From the IMG/VR virus record IMGVR_UViG_3300043468_000449, positions 1 to 63,169 of that record: 63,169 nt of DNA; one strand, 5' to 3'. Position numbers and translations under genes: made by a program. Below are positions 1 through 8,508 of the stretch, in pieces (the first letter of the stretch is position 1; each line of letters opens with the position of its first letter). The DNA is from a virus (lineage: Duplodnaviria; Caudoviricetes). The notes under the pieces were generated by a model that was not told where the DNA came from, searched no databases, and saw only the letters and a program-made list of their open reading frames with translations.

Positions 1-127
1 TGTCATTTTCAGCCTGCTTGATCCCAGTAGGCGTATAGTCATAAGTATACTGGTAGTCTGGCAATCGTACGCCTCTTTCTAATCGAGGTCCGATAGGTGC
101 GCCATTAAAGCAAATGGCAATGCGGAG
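1..127. repeat. Terminal direct repeat, copy 1 (likely assembly overlap of a circular contig)
   Basis: Bases 1-127 are identical to 63043-63169; 127 is a common assembler k-mer length. Confidence 0.95.
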
Positions 128-134
128 TGAGAGT

Positions 135-602
135 TCAGGCTTCAAGGGTCTTTTGGTTTGACTCTAGTTCGATGCGTTCTGTGGCGCGGGAAGGTAGCTG
201 GAAAGCGAGCGTGAGCGGTTGGCTAGTCTCTACCTCTATCTTGTCTCCGTACTTCTTTGGAGCCATTTTACTCGCGGCCCACTTTAGTGCATCAACACGA
301 AGTCTGCCGATTGCGGCGTCATGTGAAGAGTAAGACTCATCTACTATAAGTTCTGCGTAGTAATCGGCTTGCTCTGCTCTAGCTTTTGTGTATTGGTTAC
401 GAAAGTCTTCATTATCAGCATTCCATCTGTATATGGTAGTCCTTGATGGCAAGTGTGGGGATGAAGCAATGATGGTGCGAAGGGTTTCGCCATGAGCGAG
501 TCTGTTGCAGATTTCGTCGGCTAATTCTTGTGAGTAGCTGGAGGGTCTACCGAATGGTTTTTCTTCAGATTTTTGATCTGGATTTGTTGTTGCCTCGCTC
601 AT
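135..602 (-). CDS. terS: Terminase small subunit (Sf6/P22-like)
   Basis: GRPSSYSQELADEIC..LAHGETLR HTH, then TIYRW..DFRNQY..AR..QAD and RLRVDALKWAASKMAPKKYGDK, typical of this TerS family. Confidence 0.9.
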   Translation of the reverse strand: MSEATTNPDQKSEEKPFGRPSSYSQELADEICNRLAHGETLRTIIASSPHLPSRTTIYRWNADNEDFRNQYTKARAEQADYYAELIVDESYSSHDAAIGRLRVDALKWAASKMAPKKYGDKIEVETSQPLTLAFQLPSRATERIELESNQKTLEA

Positions 603-781
603 TTTGGCATGAGTTGTTTTGCGAGTTCGATCTTGAGGTCGAGTATTTGTTTTTTGATTTGATCGCGCTCTGTTGGTTCTGTGATTTTGTGTAGTGAATC
701 GCGAAGGAAATCGATTTTGTTTTGTAGCGATTCTAGGACTAAATTTTTTTCTGAAATATTTTGCGAATATGCTTGACTCAT
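599..781 (-). CDS. Small coiled-coil hypothetical protein
   Basis: 60-aa ORF whose stop overlaps the terS start (ATGA). Confidence 0.55.
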   Translation of the reverse strand: MSQAYSQNISEKNLVLESLQNKIDFLRDSLHKITEPTERDQIKKQILDLKIELAKQLMPK

Positions 782-802
782 AAATTAGGTGGTGTGTATA
801 AT
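773..802 (+). promoter_or_regulatory. Candidate sigma70-like promoter, antisense to the replication operon
   Basis: TTGACT (773-778), 18-bp spacer, TG-n-TATAAT (TATAAT at 797-802), with an AT-rich tract upstream. Confidence 0.45.
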
Positions 803-814
803 TAGCTCACTTCG

Positions 815-846
815 TTCGCAGGGCTAGTGTTTATGGGGTTGTGCGG
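815..846 (-). repeat. 32-bp dispersed motif, copy C (inverted)
   Basis: Reverse complement CCGCACAACCCCATAAACACTAGCCCTGCGAA matches 11885-11916 at 23/32, including an identical 13-bp core. Confidence 0.6.
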
Positions 847-1232
847 GTGGGTGGTGTGAGTGGTTGGTAGGTGATTTGGATGATGGTTTTCTCGTCCTTT
901 TTGTGTTTGCACTTTTGTTGTGAATAGTGGGCGATGATGGAAGCTGGGTCATCGTCAGGGATGATACCAAGGTATCGTAGTTGGTCGGTGAGAGGTTTTG
1001 TTCCGCCCACGAAGTTATCAAAGTCTTGGAGTTTGGTGGCAACTCTTTCAATGCGGAGAGCAACGCGGTTTTTGCGTTTTGTTTGTGCTTGTGGAGGTTT
1101 GACCAATGGGATGATAGGATTGTGTTGAGGGATGGGGTTAGATAGCCGTGGAGATGGAGGGTTAGGGTAGTAGGCTCCGTCTGGGTGGAGATGGTATCCG
1201 AGTTTGATGAGTTGATCATGTGTCCAATTCAT
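831..1232 (-). CDS. RusA-like Holliday junction resolvase
   Basis: DFDNFVGGTKPLTDQLRYLGIIPDDD resembles the RusA D-x-D-N..K...D.L..G...DD motif; lies downstream of replication genes. Confidence 0.7.
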   Translation of the reverse strand: MNWTHDQLIKLGYHLHPDGAYYPNPPSPRLSNPIPQHNPIIPLVKPPQAQTKRKNRVALRIERVATKLQDFDNFVGGTKPLTDQLRYLGIIPDDDPASIIAHYSQQKCKHKKDEKTIIQITYQPLTPPTRTTP

Positions 1233-1324
1233 GTTGGAGGGTGTGATCCGCTTTTATGCGGTTACGGATCGGGCGTTAATGATGACCAGCAATAGCAGAG
1301 ATGCCGCCGCAATACCCAAGGTTG

Positions 1325-1915
1325 TTAGAACGGGATTTCGTCGCCTTCCTCGTCGTGCGTCTTTAGTTGAGGCGTTGGTCTATTTGTAGTTTTGGAAGCT
1401 ACTGCGGTCTTTGTAGGAGTGGCAACAGGCTTTCCTGCGGAGCGTCGAGGAGCGGCTGATAGCAATTCTTTTGCGATCTCTGCTGATTTTGCTTTAGCTT
1501 CTGCCTTTTCAGCTTCGATCTCTTCTGGTGATTTGCCACCATTGGAACGATCCATATTAGGATTGTTAAGCCACTTTACTTTCGGGCGTGTCTTGCCATC
1601 ATATTCTTCAAGCTCGACTACAACTTCTGCTTGTTGTCCTGCCCAGTTGATGTTGTCCCAATCCCAGTTGATACCAAAGCAATTCTCCAAGGTTTCGACT
1701 GTGCGTTGCGTTTTTGTTTTCCCGTCTCGTCCTACATCTTCTCCGAGGTATCCATACCAATCGATGGTTTTGTTTTTTTGATCTCCTTCGGTGCTGATTG
1801 TTACTGACAGGCGAACATATCGTGATCCTCTTTTATTTTCTCCCAACCATCCATAGATAGGTTCTGATACGACACCGAGGTATGTTCCATCTTGGTCGAT
1901 TTGATATTTAGACAT
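1325..1915 (-). CDS. Single-stranded DNA-binding protein
   Basis: Beta-rich N-terminal half, low-complexity linker and acidic C-terminal tip DEEGDEIPF. Confidence 0.7.
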   Translation of the reverse strand: MSKYQIDQDGTYLGVVSEPIYGWLGENKRGSRYVRLSVTISTEGDQKNKTIDWYGYLGEDVGRDGKTKTQRTVETLENCFGINWDWDNINWAGQQAEVVVELEEYDGKTRPKVKWLNNPNMDRSNGGKSPEEIEAEKAEAKAKSAEIAKELLSAAPRRSAGKPVATPTKTAVASKTTNRPTPQLKTHDEEGDEIPF

Positions 1916-1917
1916 AA

Positions 1918-2169
1918 TTAAGCGATAGATTCTGGTTGGATTGCAGGTTCAGGTGCTGTTTGAACTTCTGGTTCGTCAGCATGGGTTGGATACCTGCTTG
2001 CTTCGATCTCGGCCTTGATTGCCTCGATGCGAGAGCCAATGGTGTTTGCCCAGTTAACTGCGAGTTCATGCGGTAGCATGACTTCGATGGAATGCCCTGT
2101 GGGTTTGGTGTGCTTCTTCTTGGTGACCGCGCTGATCACCAACTTTGTTGGTTTACTGTGTTTACTCAT
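1918..2169 (-). CDS. Hypothetical protein
   Basis: 83-aa ORF tightly packed in the operon. Confidence 0.6.
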   Translation of the reverse strand: MSKHSKPTKLVISAVTKKKHTKPTGHSIEVMLPHELAVNWANTIGSRIEAIKAEIEASRYPTHADEPEVQTAPEPAIQPESIA

Positions 2170-2180
2170 AATCTATTTAT

Positions 2181-2549
2181 TTATAATTCTCGTAATACGC
2201 AAAAGGCAAGACATCTTTCATGTGCCGATGCGAATACCATTGATATAGGATTGAAAGGAATCCCGTCAACTAATTCTTCACCGAATATTATTTTAGATAA
2301 AAGAGCAGTATACAAATGCTCCTCGTTTTCGCGGAAGTCATCGTAAAAGTCTTGACATAGGTTGAGGTCAGTCATGTAGCTGGGAACCTCGGTAAATACT
2401 AGGTCTGCGCGTGTCCAGACATTTTTTTTGTATTCAAATTTCCATCCCAATTCTGCGGCAATTTCACCATTAACAAGGTGAATGAATGCATCGTGAACTT
2501 CAGTTGTTGCACCATCATTTGGTGCAGAATCCCATATTGATTTATTCAT
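2181..2549 (-). CDS. Hypothetical protein (AT-rich gene)
   Basis: 122-aa ORF with an ATGA overlap with the upstream gene. Confidence 0.65.
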   Translation of the reverse strand: MNKSIWDSAPNDGATTEVHDAFIHLVNGEIAAELGWKFEYKKNVWTRADLVFTEVPSYMTDLNLCQDFYDDFRENEEHLYTALLSKIIFGEELVDGIPFNPISMVFASAHERCLAFCVLREL

Positions 2550-3271
2550 ATTTTTATTATAGTTGAGAAGTCTTTAATTCGGCGAAGAATTGGTTGGCGG
2601 CGATCCTCGGAGAGCATTGCTCCAAGCTGAATGCTAGTTGCGTTTGTGGTGATTATCGTGGGTTTCAGATTGGTTGTGCGATGCTCAAGGACATCGTAAA
2701 GTTCAGTCTCACCACGCTCGGTCATCTTTTGCTTTCCAAGGTCGTCTAGGAGCAAGATCGATGTGCGGCGGCATCGTTCCATTGCTTCGATTGCAAAGCC
2801 CTTTTCTTCGGCATTTGAGTGCCATTGATCGGCGGCAAATTTTGCGAACTGGGTCGAAGTCAATCCATAGATTGATCTGCCTTCGTGCGCCATTCGTTTG
2901 AGGATGTGCCAACCTGCACGGGTCTTGCCAGTCCCCGGCTTGCCTTCCATGAAGACTCCAGTCGGGCCGAATTGCCAATTTGTGGCAATTGCGTTTAAAT
3001 CCCCGTGGATGCGTTTTAAATCACTTTCCCTATACAAGGGTGGGCAGATAGCATCAAAAGCGTTTTTAGCCCTGTCCTCGCGCAATTGCTGGGCTTTCCT
3101 GTCCTGCTCTTCCGTTAACTTTTGCTCGCAGTCATTGCATAGCACTTTGAAGTCGAGTGATCGACCGAATAGTGCAATGATCGGAACTTCAAGCACTTCA
3201 AAGCAGTTCTCGCCAGCGCATGGTCGGAGTTCAGTATTCATAGTTTTACCAAGTAAAGTCATAGTCTTCAT
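2546..3271 (-). CDS. DnaC/IstB-like helicase-loader ATPase (start possibly 3241)
   Basis: Walker A GKPGTGKT, Walker B LLLDDLG, TIITTN motif and N-terminal Cys pairs; directly downstream of the initiator. Confidence 0.85.
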   Translation of the reverse strand: MKTMTLLGKTMNTELRPCAGENCFEVLEVPIIALFGRSLDFKVLCNDCEQKLTEEQDRKAQQLREDRAKNAFDAICPPLYRESDLKRIHGDLNAIATNWQFGPTGVFMEGKPGTGKTRAGWHILKRMAHEGRSIYGLTSTQFAKFAADQWHSNAEEKGFAIEAMERCRRTSILLLDDLGKQKMTERGETELYDVLEHRTTNLKPTIITTNATSIQLGAMLSEDRRQPILRRIKDFSTIIKI

Positions 3272-4022
3272 TGCGTAACGCAGGTTTTTGTGGTTCTGGA
3301 GCTAGTTCTGTCTGGCATCGATTGAGCCAACCAATGATGAATTTGCGAGTCTTGCGCCTGCCGGGGTGGAGTGCAAGCCATGCGTCCATCTTTCGCAGTT
3401 CCTCGTCAACATCGATGGTTGGGTAATGCCGTTTGATGTCGGCAATCCATGCCTCATCCACGGGTTTTGTTTCACGCTTTGGCTTATCCGATGGCAATGC
3501 CATGGCATCTTCGCCTTCCGCCCCTTCCGCCTTGGAAGGGGTAACAATAGCGTCAGCTATTGTGTTAACGAAGTTTGAAGTATGAAGAGCATCCGTTTGG
3601 CATATGCCAACTGGTATGCCAATTTGATGCGATGGCATATCCGATGGCATATGCGATGGGATATCCCGTGGGATATCCGATGGCATAAAAGTATTCGCTT
3701 TCTGCTGTTTTTGCCATCTTTTCTCTGCATTAGCTTTTTGAGCATTTTTATACTCAATTTGCTTAATTCTTACATCTTCTAATCTGGCATTGCGAAGTTT
3801 ACCATCTTGGCATATGCCAAACTTATGCCGAATAGATGCCACGGCATTCCCATCGCATCCAGCCAATCGTTGCAATTGTGCTTCATCGTCAGGTAAACCA
3901 TCATGTGTCCAACTATAGCAAAGCAGGCGAATATATGCGCCAGTCTCCTCGGCAGACATCATTGCTGTGCCAACAAGGAAATCTTGTGCGTAGAATTGAA
4001 ATGCGGGTGATTTAGATTTCAT
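3246..4022 (-). CDS. Replication initiator, DUF1376/YdaU family
   Basis: N-terminal PAFQFYAQDFL..T..MSAEETGAYIRLLCYSW...LPDD; internal tandem repeats; adjacent to a DnaC-like gene. Confidence 0.85.
   Translation of the reverse strand: MKSKSPAFQFYAQDFLVGTAMMSAEETGAYIRLLCYSWTHDGLPDDEAQLQRLAGCDGNAVASIRHKFGICQDGKLRNARLEDVRIKQIEYKNAQKANAEKRWQKQQKANTFMPSDIPRDIPSHMPSDMPSHQIGIPVGICQTDALHTSNFVNTIADAIVTPSKAEGAEGEDAMALPSDKPKRETKPVDEAWIADIKRHYPTIDVDEELRKMDAWLALHPGRRKTRKFIIGWLNRCQTELAPEPQKPALRNEDYDFTW
3627..3686. repeat. Five tandem 12-bp quasi-palindromic iterons (candidate replication origin)
   Basis: ATGCGATGGCAT/ATCCGATGGCAT/ATGCGATGGGAT/ATCCCGTGGGAT/ATCCGATGGCAT inside the initiator gene, followed by an AT-rich stretch. 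Confidence 0.75.
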
Positions 4023-4365
4023 TTATTAATTCTGTTAGTTTAAAAGCTGGATGACCTAATTTCCTGATTGCCCTGCATTCAAGTTGCCTGACTCTTTCTC
4101 TACCACTTCCAATTTGTTTTGCGATACATGAAAGTGTTTCAGGGTTGTTTCCAAAAAGACCGAATCTTTTGGTTATTACAAACTGCTCTTTATCTGTTAA
4201 TTTAATAATGCAATTAGATAAAACATTTATTAATGACCCGGTATTTGCATACTCATCAGGAGGAATAACCGATTCATCTTTTATTTCTAATATTCTGTTT
4301 ATGTCAAGATCAAATTCCTCGCAACATAAATTGGTATTTATAATTTTATTAATCATTTCACTCAT
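4012..4365 (-). CDS. Sigma70 region-4-like HTH protein
   Basis: LTDKEQFVITKRFGL...ETLSCIAKQIGSGRERVRQLECRAIRKL matches sigma region 4.2. Confidence 0.8.
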   Translation of the reverse strand: MSEMINKIINTNLCCEEFDLDINRILEIKDESVIPPDEYANTGSLINVLSNCIIKLTDKEQFVITKRFGLFGNNPETLSCIAKQIGSGRERVRQLECRAIRKLGHPAFKLTELINEI

Positions 4366-4690
4366 CTGCTATGCTTTTTTTAGTTTGAAAAATACCTTTC
4401 AGGTCTGGTTCTTGGCTCATAATCAAACGAGCGTAGCAAGCCCGAAAATCATTGGACAACTTATAATCGTCCTCTGATTCAGTAGTCATGTAATAGTTCC
4501 AACGAAGCACCTCATACAGCATTCCGATGCCGATCTTGCTGTCACCTCGGCGTTGCCGAAACTGGCGAGCGAGGTTGACTAGAGCATCGTAGACATGGCG
4601 ATTAGCGGCATGAAATCTTTTGAATCGTTCAGGAATGCTATCACCTTTTATTTCAATTATAGGCTCGAAATTAAGATTTAATTGGCTCAT
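4358..4690 (-). CDS. Hypothetical phage protein
   Basis: 110-aa ORF overlapping both neighbours. Confidence 0.65.
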   Translation of the reverse strand: MSQLNLNFEPIIEIKGDSIPERFKRFHAANRHVYDALVNLARQFRQRRGDSKIGIGMLYEVLRWNYYMTTESEDDYKLSNDFRACYARLIMSQEPDLKGIFQTKKSIADE

Positions 4691-4886
4691 ATTTATTTAA
4701 TTTATTAGCTAGAATTTTTACTAAAGATTCAAGTGCTTCTTCGCGATTCCAACTTAATCCGCTAGGTATTACTTCATGCCACTTGCTTCCGATCTTAACT
4801 TCGTAGTCCCAACGCTCGCAGTCATCTTGATGCGCTGGCAGACAACGAAGTTCAAATCCCATAAATTCATTATATTTCTCGCTCAT
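4671..4886 (-). CDS. Hypothetical protein
   Basis: 71-aa ORF with an ATGA overlap with the upstream gene. Confidence 0.6.
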   Translation of the reverse strand: MSEKYNEFMGFELRCLPAHQDDCERWDYEVKIGSKWHEVIPSGLSWNREEALESLVKILANKLNKYEPIKS

Positions 4887-5875
4887 TTCTTTGCCTCAAT
4901 CATTTTAGTCGTTTCTTTTTTACGGACTGAATCCTCGGCAGACGGGAAGTAATCGCGAGCGTTTGCCCACTTGCGGAAGTCTTCCGCTCCGATGTTTCCG
5001 TAGAGTTCTGCCAGTTCTTTAAAAGTCGCGCCTGTAGCCTGTGCCGCTTCTGCTACAACTTCAGGCGTGTATTCCTCTGCGCCTTTGACTTTGGAGAGCC
5101 TCCAACCGGGAACTTCTTCTCCTCGCTCCAGCTTGGCTTTAGCTTCATCTTTCGCCCAGTCCCAGAGTTCCTTCTTGAAAATGTTGCAAGCCTTCAAAAA
5201 CTTGCCCAGCTTTTCTGGTTCCGCGAGTTGTGTTTTCAAGGTATCAATTGATACCTCATTATTAACAACACGAAGCGTCTGCTCGGTAGGCTTGACAACC
5301 TGTGGGCAGGTATTTTTCTTGGCGCACCAATTACAATACGAATTACTTACAGGCTTTTTATCTGGATCGTTATATGCCTTGATGATCGATTCGACCAACT
5401 CTGTAGCCGAATCCATCGTGAACTTGTGTTCTACAACTCGATTTTGGTCAACGAATAACAGGTAGCAAGTCCACTCTGGCTCAAAGAACCTAGTCATGTT
5501 GCCAAGAGCATATGCACTCATTTGAGCCTCGTAATCATAGACCTGACCTGACTTTACATCGAACGAGACGCGAATCTTCTGGGCGCGGATATCTTCAGTT
5601 CCCACATGATCCATGCCGGGGGTCTTCACCCAGAGTTCGGATTCGCGGGTTTCAAGTTCAGTTCCTTCAGGAACCAAACTCTTGACCATCTCGACGCCTC
5701 GCTTTGCCGCCTCTTGATCGTCGGCGGATAGTTCTGCCATGCAGTCCTCGCCTTGAAGGGTTCTGCGGACAACAGAGTCGATCTTCGTCCCCCTGCTTGC
5801 CGCTGGGGATGTACCCCCAGCGGATTCAAAGCATGGGCATTTTTGCAACTTCGGTAGTGCTGAATGCCGAATCAT
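4883..5875 (-). CDS. PD-(D/E)XK (Cas4-like/DUF2800-like) exonuclease
   Basis: N-terminal CP..RGT, GTED...FDVKSG, QMSAYALG and C-terminal CNWC....CP; next to an annealing protein. Confidence 0.8.
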   Translation of the reverse strand: MIRHSALPKLQKCPCFESAGGTSPAASRGTKIDSVVRRTLQGEDCMAELSADDQEAAKRGVEMVKSLVPEGTELETRESELWVKTPGMDHVGTEDIRAQKIRVSFDVKSGQVYDYEAQMSAYALGNMTRFFEPEWTCYLLFVDQNRVVEHKFTMDSATELVESIIKAYNDPDKKPVSNSYCNWCAKKNTCPQVVKPTEQTLRVVNNEVSIDTLKTQLAEPEKLGKFLKACNIFKKELWDWAKDEAKAKLERGEEVPGWRLSKVKGAEEYTPEVVAEAAQATGATFKELAELYGNIGAEDFRKWANARDYFPSAEDSVRKKETTKMIEAKK

Positions 5876-5876
5876 A

Positions 5877-6677
5877 TTACTCCTTTGTAGCGGTTGCGGC
5901 GTTTACGAATCCCTCTGGATTCGCGATGATGCGTTGGCGATAGGTAGCGTCTGGAAGGTCGCGCCATGTCTGCCCCGGCTCGATCTGTCCCTTGGTTGCG
6001 AGGAACGCATTAACGGCAACTTCATTCGCGCCTAATGATGCCTCAAGAGGTGCTGTCCAGCTTGCGTCCTGCACAGGTTCTGGAGTTGTCTCTACAACTT
6101 CCGCCTCGATTACGGGAGCAACCTCCTTGGCTTTCTTCGCTTTCGGCTTATCCTCGATGACAGGTGTAGCGGATACTGCAACAGGTGCGTTAACGGCTGG
6201 AGCAGACACGAAATCCTGAACCTCCTCTGGAGTGTAGAATCCTTGTAAAACAGCAGGATACACCCCGCGAACGGCATCGCTGACCACTCTGGCGCGAAGC
6301 ATCTGTCGGGGGTATTTTTTCCAGTTATCTTTTCCTCCGAGTCCTGCGGCTTTAGCCCTGTCCATATCCCACTCGACATAGAGTGATCCACCAGCAGGGT
6401 GACTGAATGTGCCAGACACTTTCGTGTCTCTGTAGTCCTTCCACTCGACCTTGCCTCCTGCACTCTGGAATCGAGCTAGGATTGCGTCAGCTTTGAGTGC
6501 TGGTCTGCCTTGGATTATGTGATACTCGGCGGCAACTGTGCCGGGATGCCTGCCCTCGGCTTGCGCGACAAGCATGAGTGCTACTGCTTCCTCCTGACGC
6601 TTCAGGCCGAAAAGACCAGATTTAACAATGTGCGAAGCCATTGCTTCCAGTTCGGTGATGGGTACTAGTTGTGACAT
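5877..6677 (-). CDS. RecT-like single-strand annealing protein
   Basis: HIIQGRPALKA..ILA, W..DRAKAAGL.GKDNWKKYPRQMLRAR and G.YTPEE motifs. Confidence 0.8.
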   Translation of the reverse strand: MSQLVPITELEAMASHIVKSGLFGLKRQEEAVALMLVAQAEGRHPGTVAAEYHIIQGRPALKADAILARFQSAGGKVEWKDYRDTKVSGTFSHPAGGSLYVEWDMDRAKAAGLGGKDNWKKYPRQMLRARVVSDAVRGVYPAVLQGFYTPEEVQDFVSAPAVNAPVAVSATPVIEDKPKAKKAKEVAPVIEAEVVETTPEPVQDASWTAPLEASLGANEVAVNAFLATKGQIEPGQTWRDLPDATYRQRIIANPEGFVNAATATKE

Positions 6678-6689
6678 ATATTTATTTTA

Positions 6690-7016
6690 TTAGTTGAGGT
6701 TTTGAAGTGCTTGGTTGTAGGCCCGTGCCTCAAGCAATTCGTTTTCGTGTTTGAGCCGCTCGATCTCGGCGGTGATTTGTTCTGCGTTGTTTGTTGGTAT
6801 AACCTCCGAGTCTGGCAGTATGCCTGCGTAGTCTGGAGTGTTATTGGTTGGTTGTGGTTGCGGTTGTGCTTCTACCTCTGGTTGGAGGTAGAAATCTTTT
6901 AGGTGAGGAGTGATTCCCTTCGGGTATCGGAGGGTGCGTGTTTCTGTGTATGTCTCTTTCGAGACGCTTGAGCAGGCGCAAAGCGCAAGCGTTATGGTTG
7001 CTGTCAGCAGTTTCAT
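6690..7016 (-). CDS. Predicted lipoprotein (start reassigned to 7016)
   Basis: MKLLTATITLALCAC-SS signal peptide with a lipobox-like Cys. Confidence 0.65.
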   Translation of the reverse strand: MKLLTATITLALCACSSVSKETYTETRTLRYPKGITPHLKDFYLQPEVEAQPQPQPTNNTPDYAGILPDSEVIPTNNAEQITAEIERLKHENELLEARAYNQALQNLN

Positions 7017-7150
7017 TTTTTTTGTTTTTTTGGTTTTGGTGGGTAAACAGACGATTTGAATTTGGGTGGTTGATCGTTTGTGCAACGAGCGATGATGCGA
7101 ATGTATGCTTCGGGAGGAAGGCAAGTTGGTTCGGTTTTTTCTGTAGCCAT
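7013..7150 (-). CDS. Small basic hypothetical protein
   Basis: MATEKTEPTC...PPKPKKQKK fills the gap between neighbours and has an ATGA overlap. Confidence 0.5.
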   Translation of the reverse strand: MATEKTEPTCLPPEAYIRIIARCTNDQPPKFKSSVYPPKPKKQKK

Positions 7151-7151
7151 G

Positions 7152-7307
7152 TCAGTCCTCCTCCTCAAATTCGCGCCAACGGATTTCCCGTTCTTTGCGC
7201 TTCTTCTTGTATTGTTCCCACTCGTCGAGGATCGACAACTGTCCCTGCCTGTAGGCAACGAAGATGCCGATAATTCCGACGATTGCTGTAAGTGCGATCT
7301 CGTTCAT
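7152..7307 (-). CDS. Small single-pass membrane protein
   Basis: MNEIALTAIVGIIGIFVAY hydrophobic N-terminus followed by a charged tail. Confidence 0.55.
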   Translation of the reverse strand: MNEIALTAIVGIIGIFVAYRQGQLSILDEWEQYKKKRKEREIRWREFEEED

Positions 7308-7417
7308 TTTTTGTTTATGGTTAAAAGCAAAGTTAAGAGAGCGAGTCCCGCGATTGGCGCGAGTGCTACAAACGCATCCCAGCAATGCTGGAGAACTACT
7401 ATTGTTGGTATTTCCAT
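7304..7417 (-). CDS. Small hydrophobic protein
   Basis: MEIPTIVVLQHCWDAFVALAPIAGLALLTLLLTINKK; ATGA overlap with the next gene. Confidence 0.5.
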   Translation of the reverse strand: MEIPTIVVLQHCWDAFVALAPIAGLALLTLLLTINKK

Positions 7418-7418
7418 A

Positions 7419-8171
7419 TTAAGCCTCGCAGAAGACCAGATCACAAAGACGAGAATATTCCGATTTAAATGCTTTGCTGTTTGCGCGGCCTTTCTCTTTT
7501 GCGACGATCTCCACAAAGATTGAAAGACCTCGTTCTCTGACTTCTTGACCAGCAAGAATAGAGTTAGCAATGCTCGCCGCAAATCCACCGAAAGGGTAAT
7601 CCGCATATGAACGCAAGCGATCCAAACCAAAAATGTCAATTAGGCGGGACTTTTTGACTTCGCGTTCTTGCTCTTCCTCGGCAATGATCGGAGCGAGAAG
7701 TTGCTTGGCAATCGCCGCACAATGTTTCCCGTCACCAGAGTCCCAGCCTGCCACAAATTTGACATAACCGGGATCAGTATTGATCAGGTTGCGGAGGTCT
7801 TCCCCAGCGTGTTTTCCGAATGGCAGGATATTCCAATCGGTGGTGCGAATGCGTTCCGCTTCGCGATCCCGCTCGGCTTGCAAGTCTGCCGCCTTGCGGC
7901 GTTGGATTTCATCCAAATCCCAATCGATTCCGAGGCGGCGACGAAGAGGTTCTACACCATGCTCGTCAAGCCATGCGGTAGCAGAGACGAGTGCCTGATC
8001 TTTATCGGTGGATAGGTTCTTGATGAAGTGGTCACGCTCGACCAAAGTTGCTTCGACAGCACCAGTCGATTCGTAACCTTCAGACCGCACATAGACGATC
8101 TCATCGAACCTGTGTTTGAGGGTATAAAACCCGTTAAGGTCACCCGTGGAAATGTAGTAGTAGTTTTTCAT
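7419..8171 (-). CDS. Early protein with a DUF3820-like (PFGKH..G) motif
   Basis: ILPFGKHAGEDLRNLINTDPGYVKFV motif; has its own promoter. Confidence 0.7.
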   Translation of the reverse strand: MKNYYYISTGDLNGFYTLKHRFDEIVYVRSEGYESTGAVEATLVERDHFIKNLSTDKDQALVSATAWLDEHGVEPLRRRLGIDWDLDEIQRRKAADLQAERDREAERIRTTDWNILPFGKHAGEDLRNLINTDPGYVKFVAGWDSGDGKHCAAIAKQLLAPIIAEEEQEREVKKSRLIDIFGLDRLRSYADYPFGGFAASIANSILAGQEVRERGLSIFVEIVAKEKGRANSKAFKSEYSRLCDLVFCEA

Positions 8172-8180
8172 TAGGAGTCA

Positions 8181-8209
8181 AAATTAACCCAACCGCTTTG
8201 GGTGGTCAA
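8181..8209 (-). promoter_or_regulatory. Early promoter with a perfect 17-bp operator ACCCAA-N5-TTGGGT
   Basis: Minus strand reads TTGACC-ACCCAAAGCGGTTGGGT-TAATTT, with an A-tract upstream and the ATG 9 nt downstream of -10. Confidence 0.65.
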
Positions 8210-8218
8210 TATTTTTTT

Positions 8219-8467
8219 TTATAGCCATTCATTTTTTAACAGACCCTGCGCCAATGCCCATCTGGTCAGGTCTGCCGTGTTACGGAATAAAAATTTCTTG
8301 TGCAGATTGTCGCGATGTTTTTCGACTGTCTTGATGCTGATTCCGAGCAAGTCTGCGGTCTGTTGATTTGTGAATCCAGACGCTAGATGCGTTGCCACTT
8401 CACGCTCGCGTTTTGTTGCTGGACGGGTTCCGCGAACCTCGAAAAGTTTTTGCAAGATATTTTTCAT
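8219..8467 (-). CDS. LuxR/GerE-type HTH transcriptional regulator
   Basis: TKREREVATHLASGFTNQQTADLLGISIKTVEKHRDNLHKK. Confidence 0.9.
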   Translation of the reverse strand: MKNILQKLFEVRGTRPATKREREVATHLASGFTNQQTADLLGISIKTVEKHRDNLHKKFLFRNTADLTRWALAQGLLKNEWL

Positions 8468-8483
8468 TTTATAAATTTGGTTT

Positions 8484-8508
8484 GGGGCGAGGGATTGAAC
8501 CTCGCCCC
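8484..8508 (-). terminator. GC-rich hairpin after DUF932 (terminator or processing signal)
   Basis: GGGGCGAGG-TTCAATC-CCTCGCCCC 9-bp stem; no U-tract on the minus strand. Confidence 0.4.

Noticed and set aside
1-127. Biological terminal repeat of the virion DNA
   Set aside because: The length matches a common assembly k-mer and the repeat falls inside an ORF, so an assembly overlap is more likely.
824-1219. 131-aa ORF overlapping the RusA-like gene, suggesting dual coding or a frameshift
   Set aside because: The 831-1232 frame carries the catalytic motif. I saw no slippery site and cannot support the alternative frame, although it is not excluded.
4883-5875. cas4 of a CRISPR-Cas system
   Set aside because: There is no array or other cas gene, and it pairs with a RecT-like gene as a recombination nuclease.
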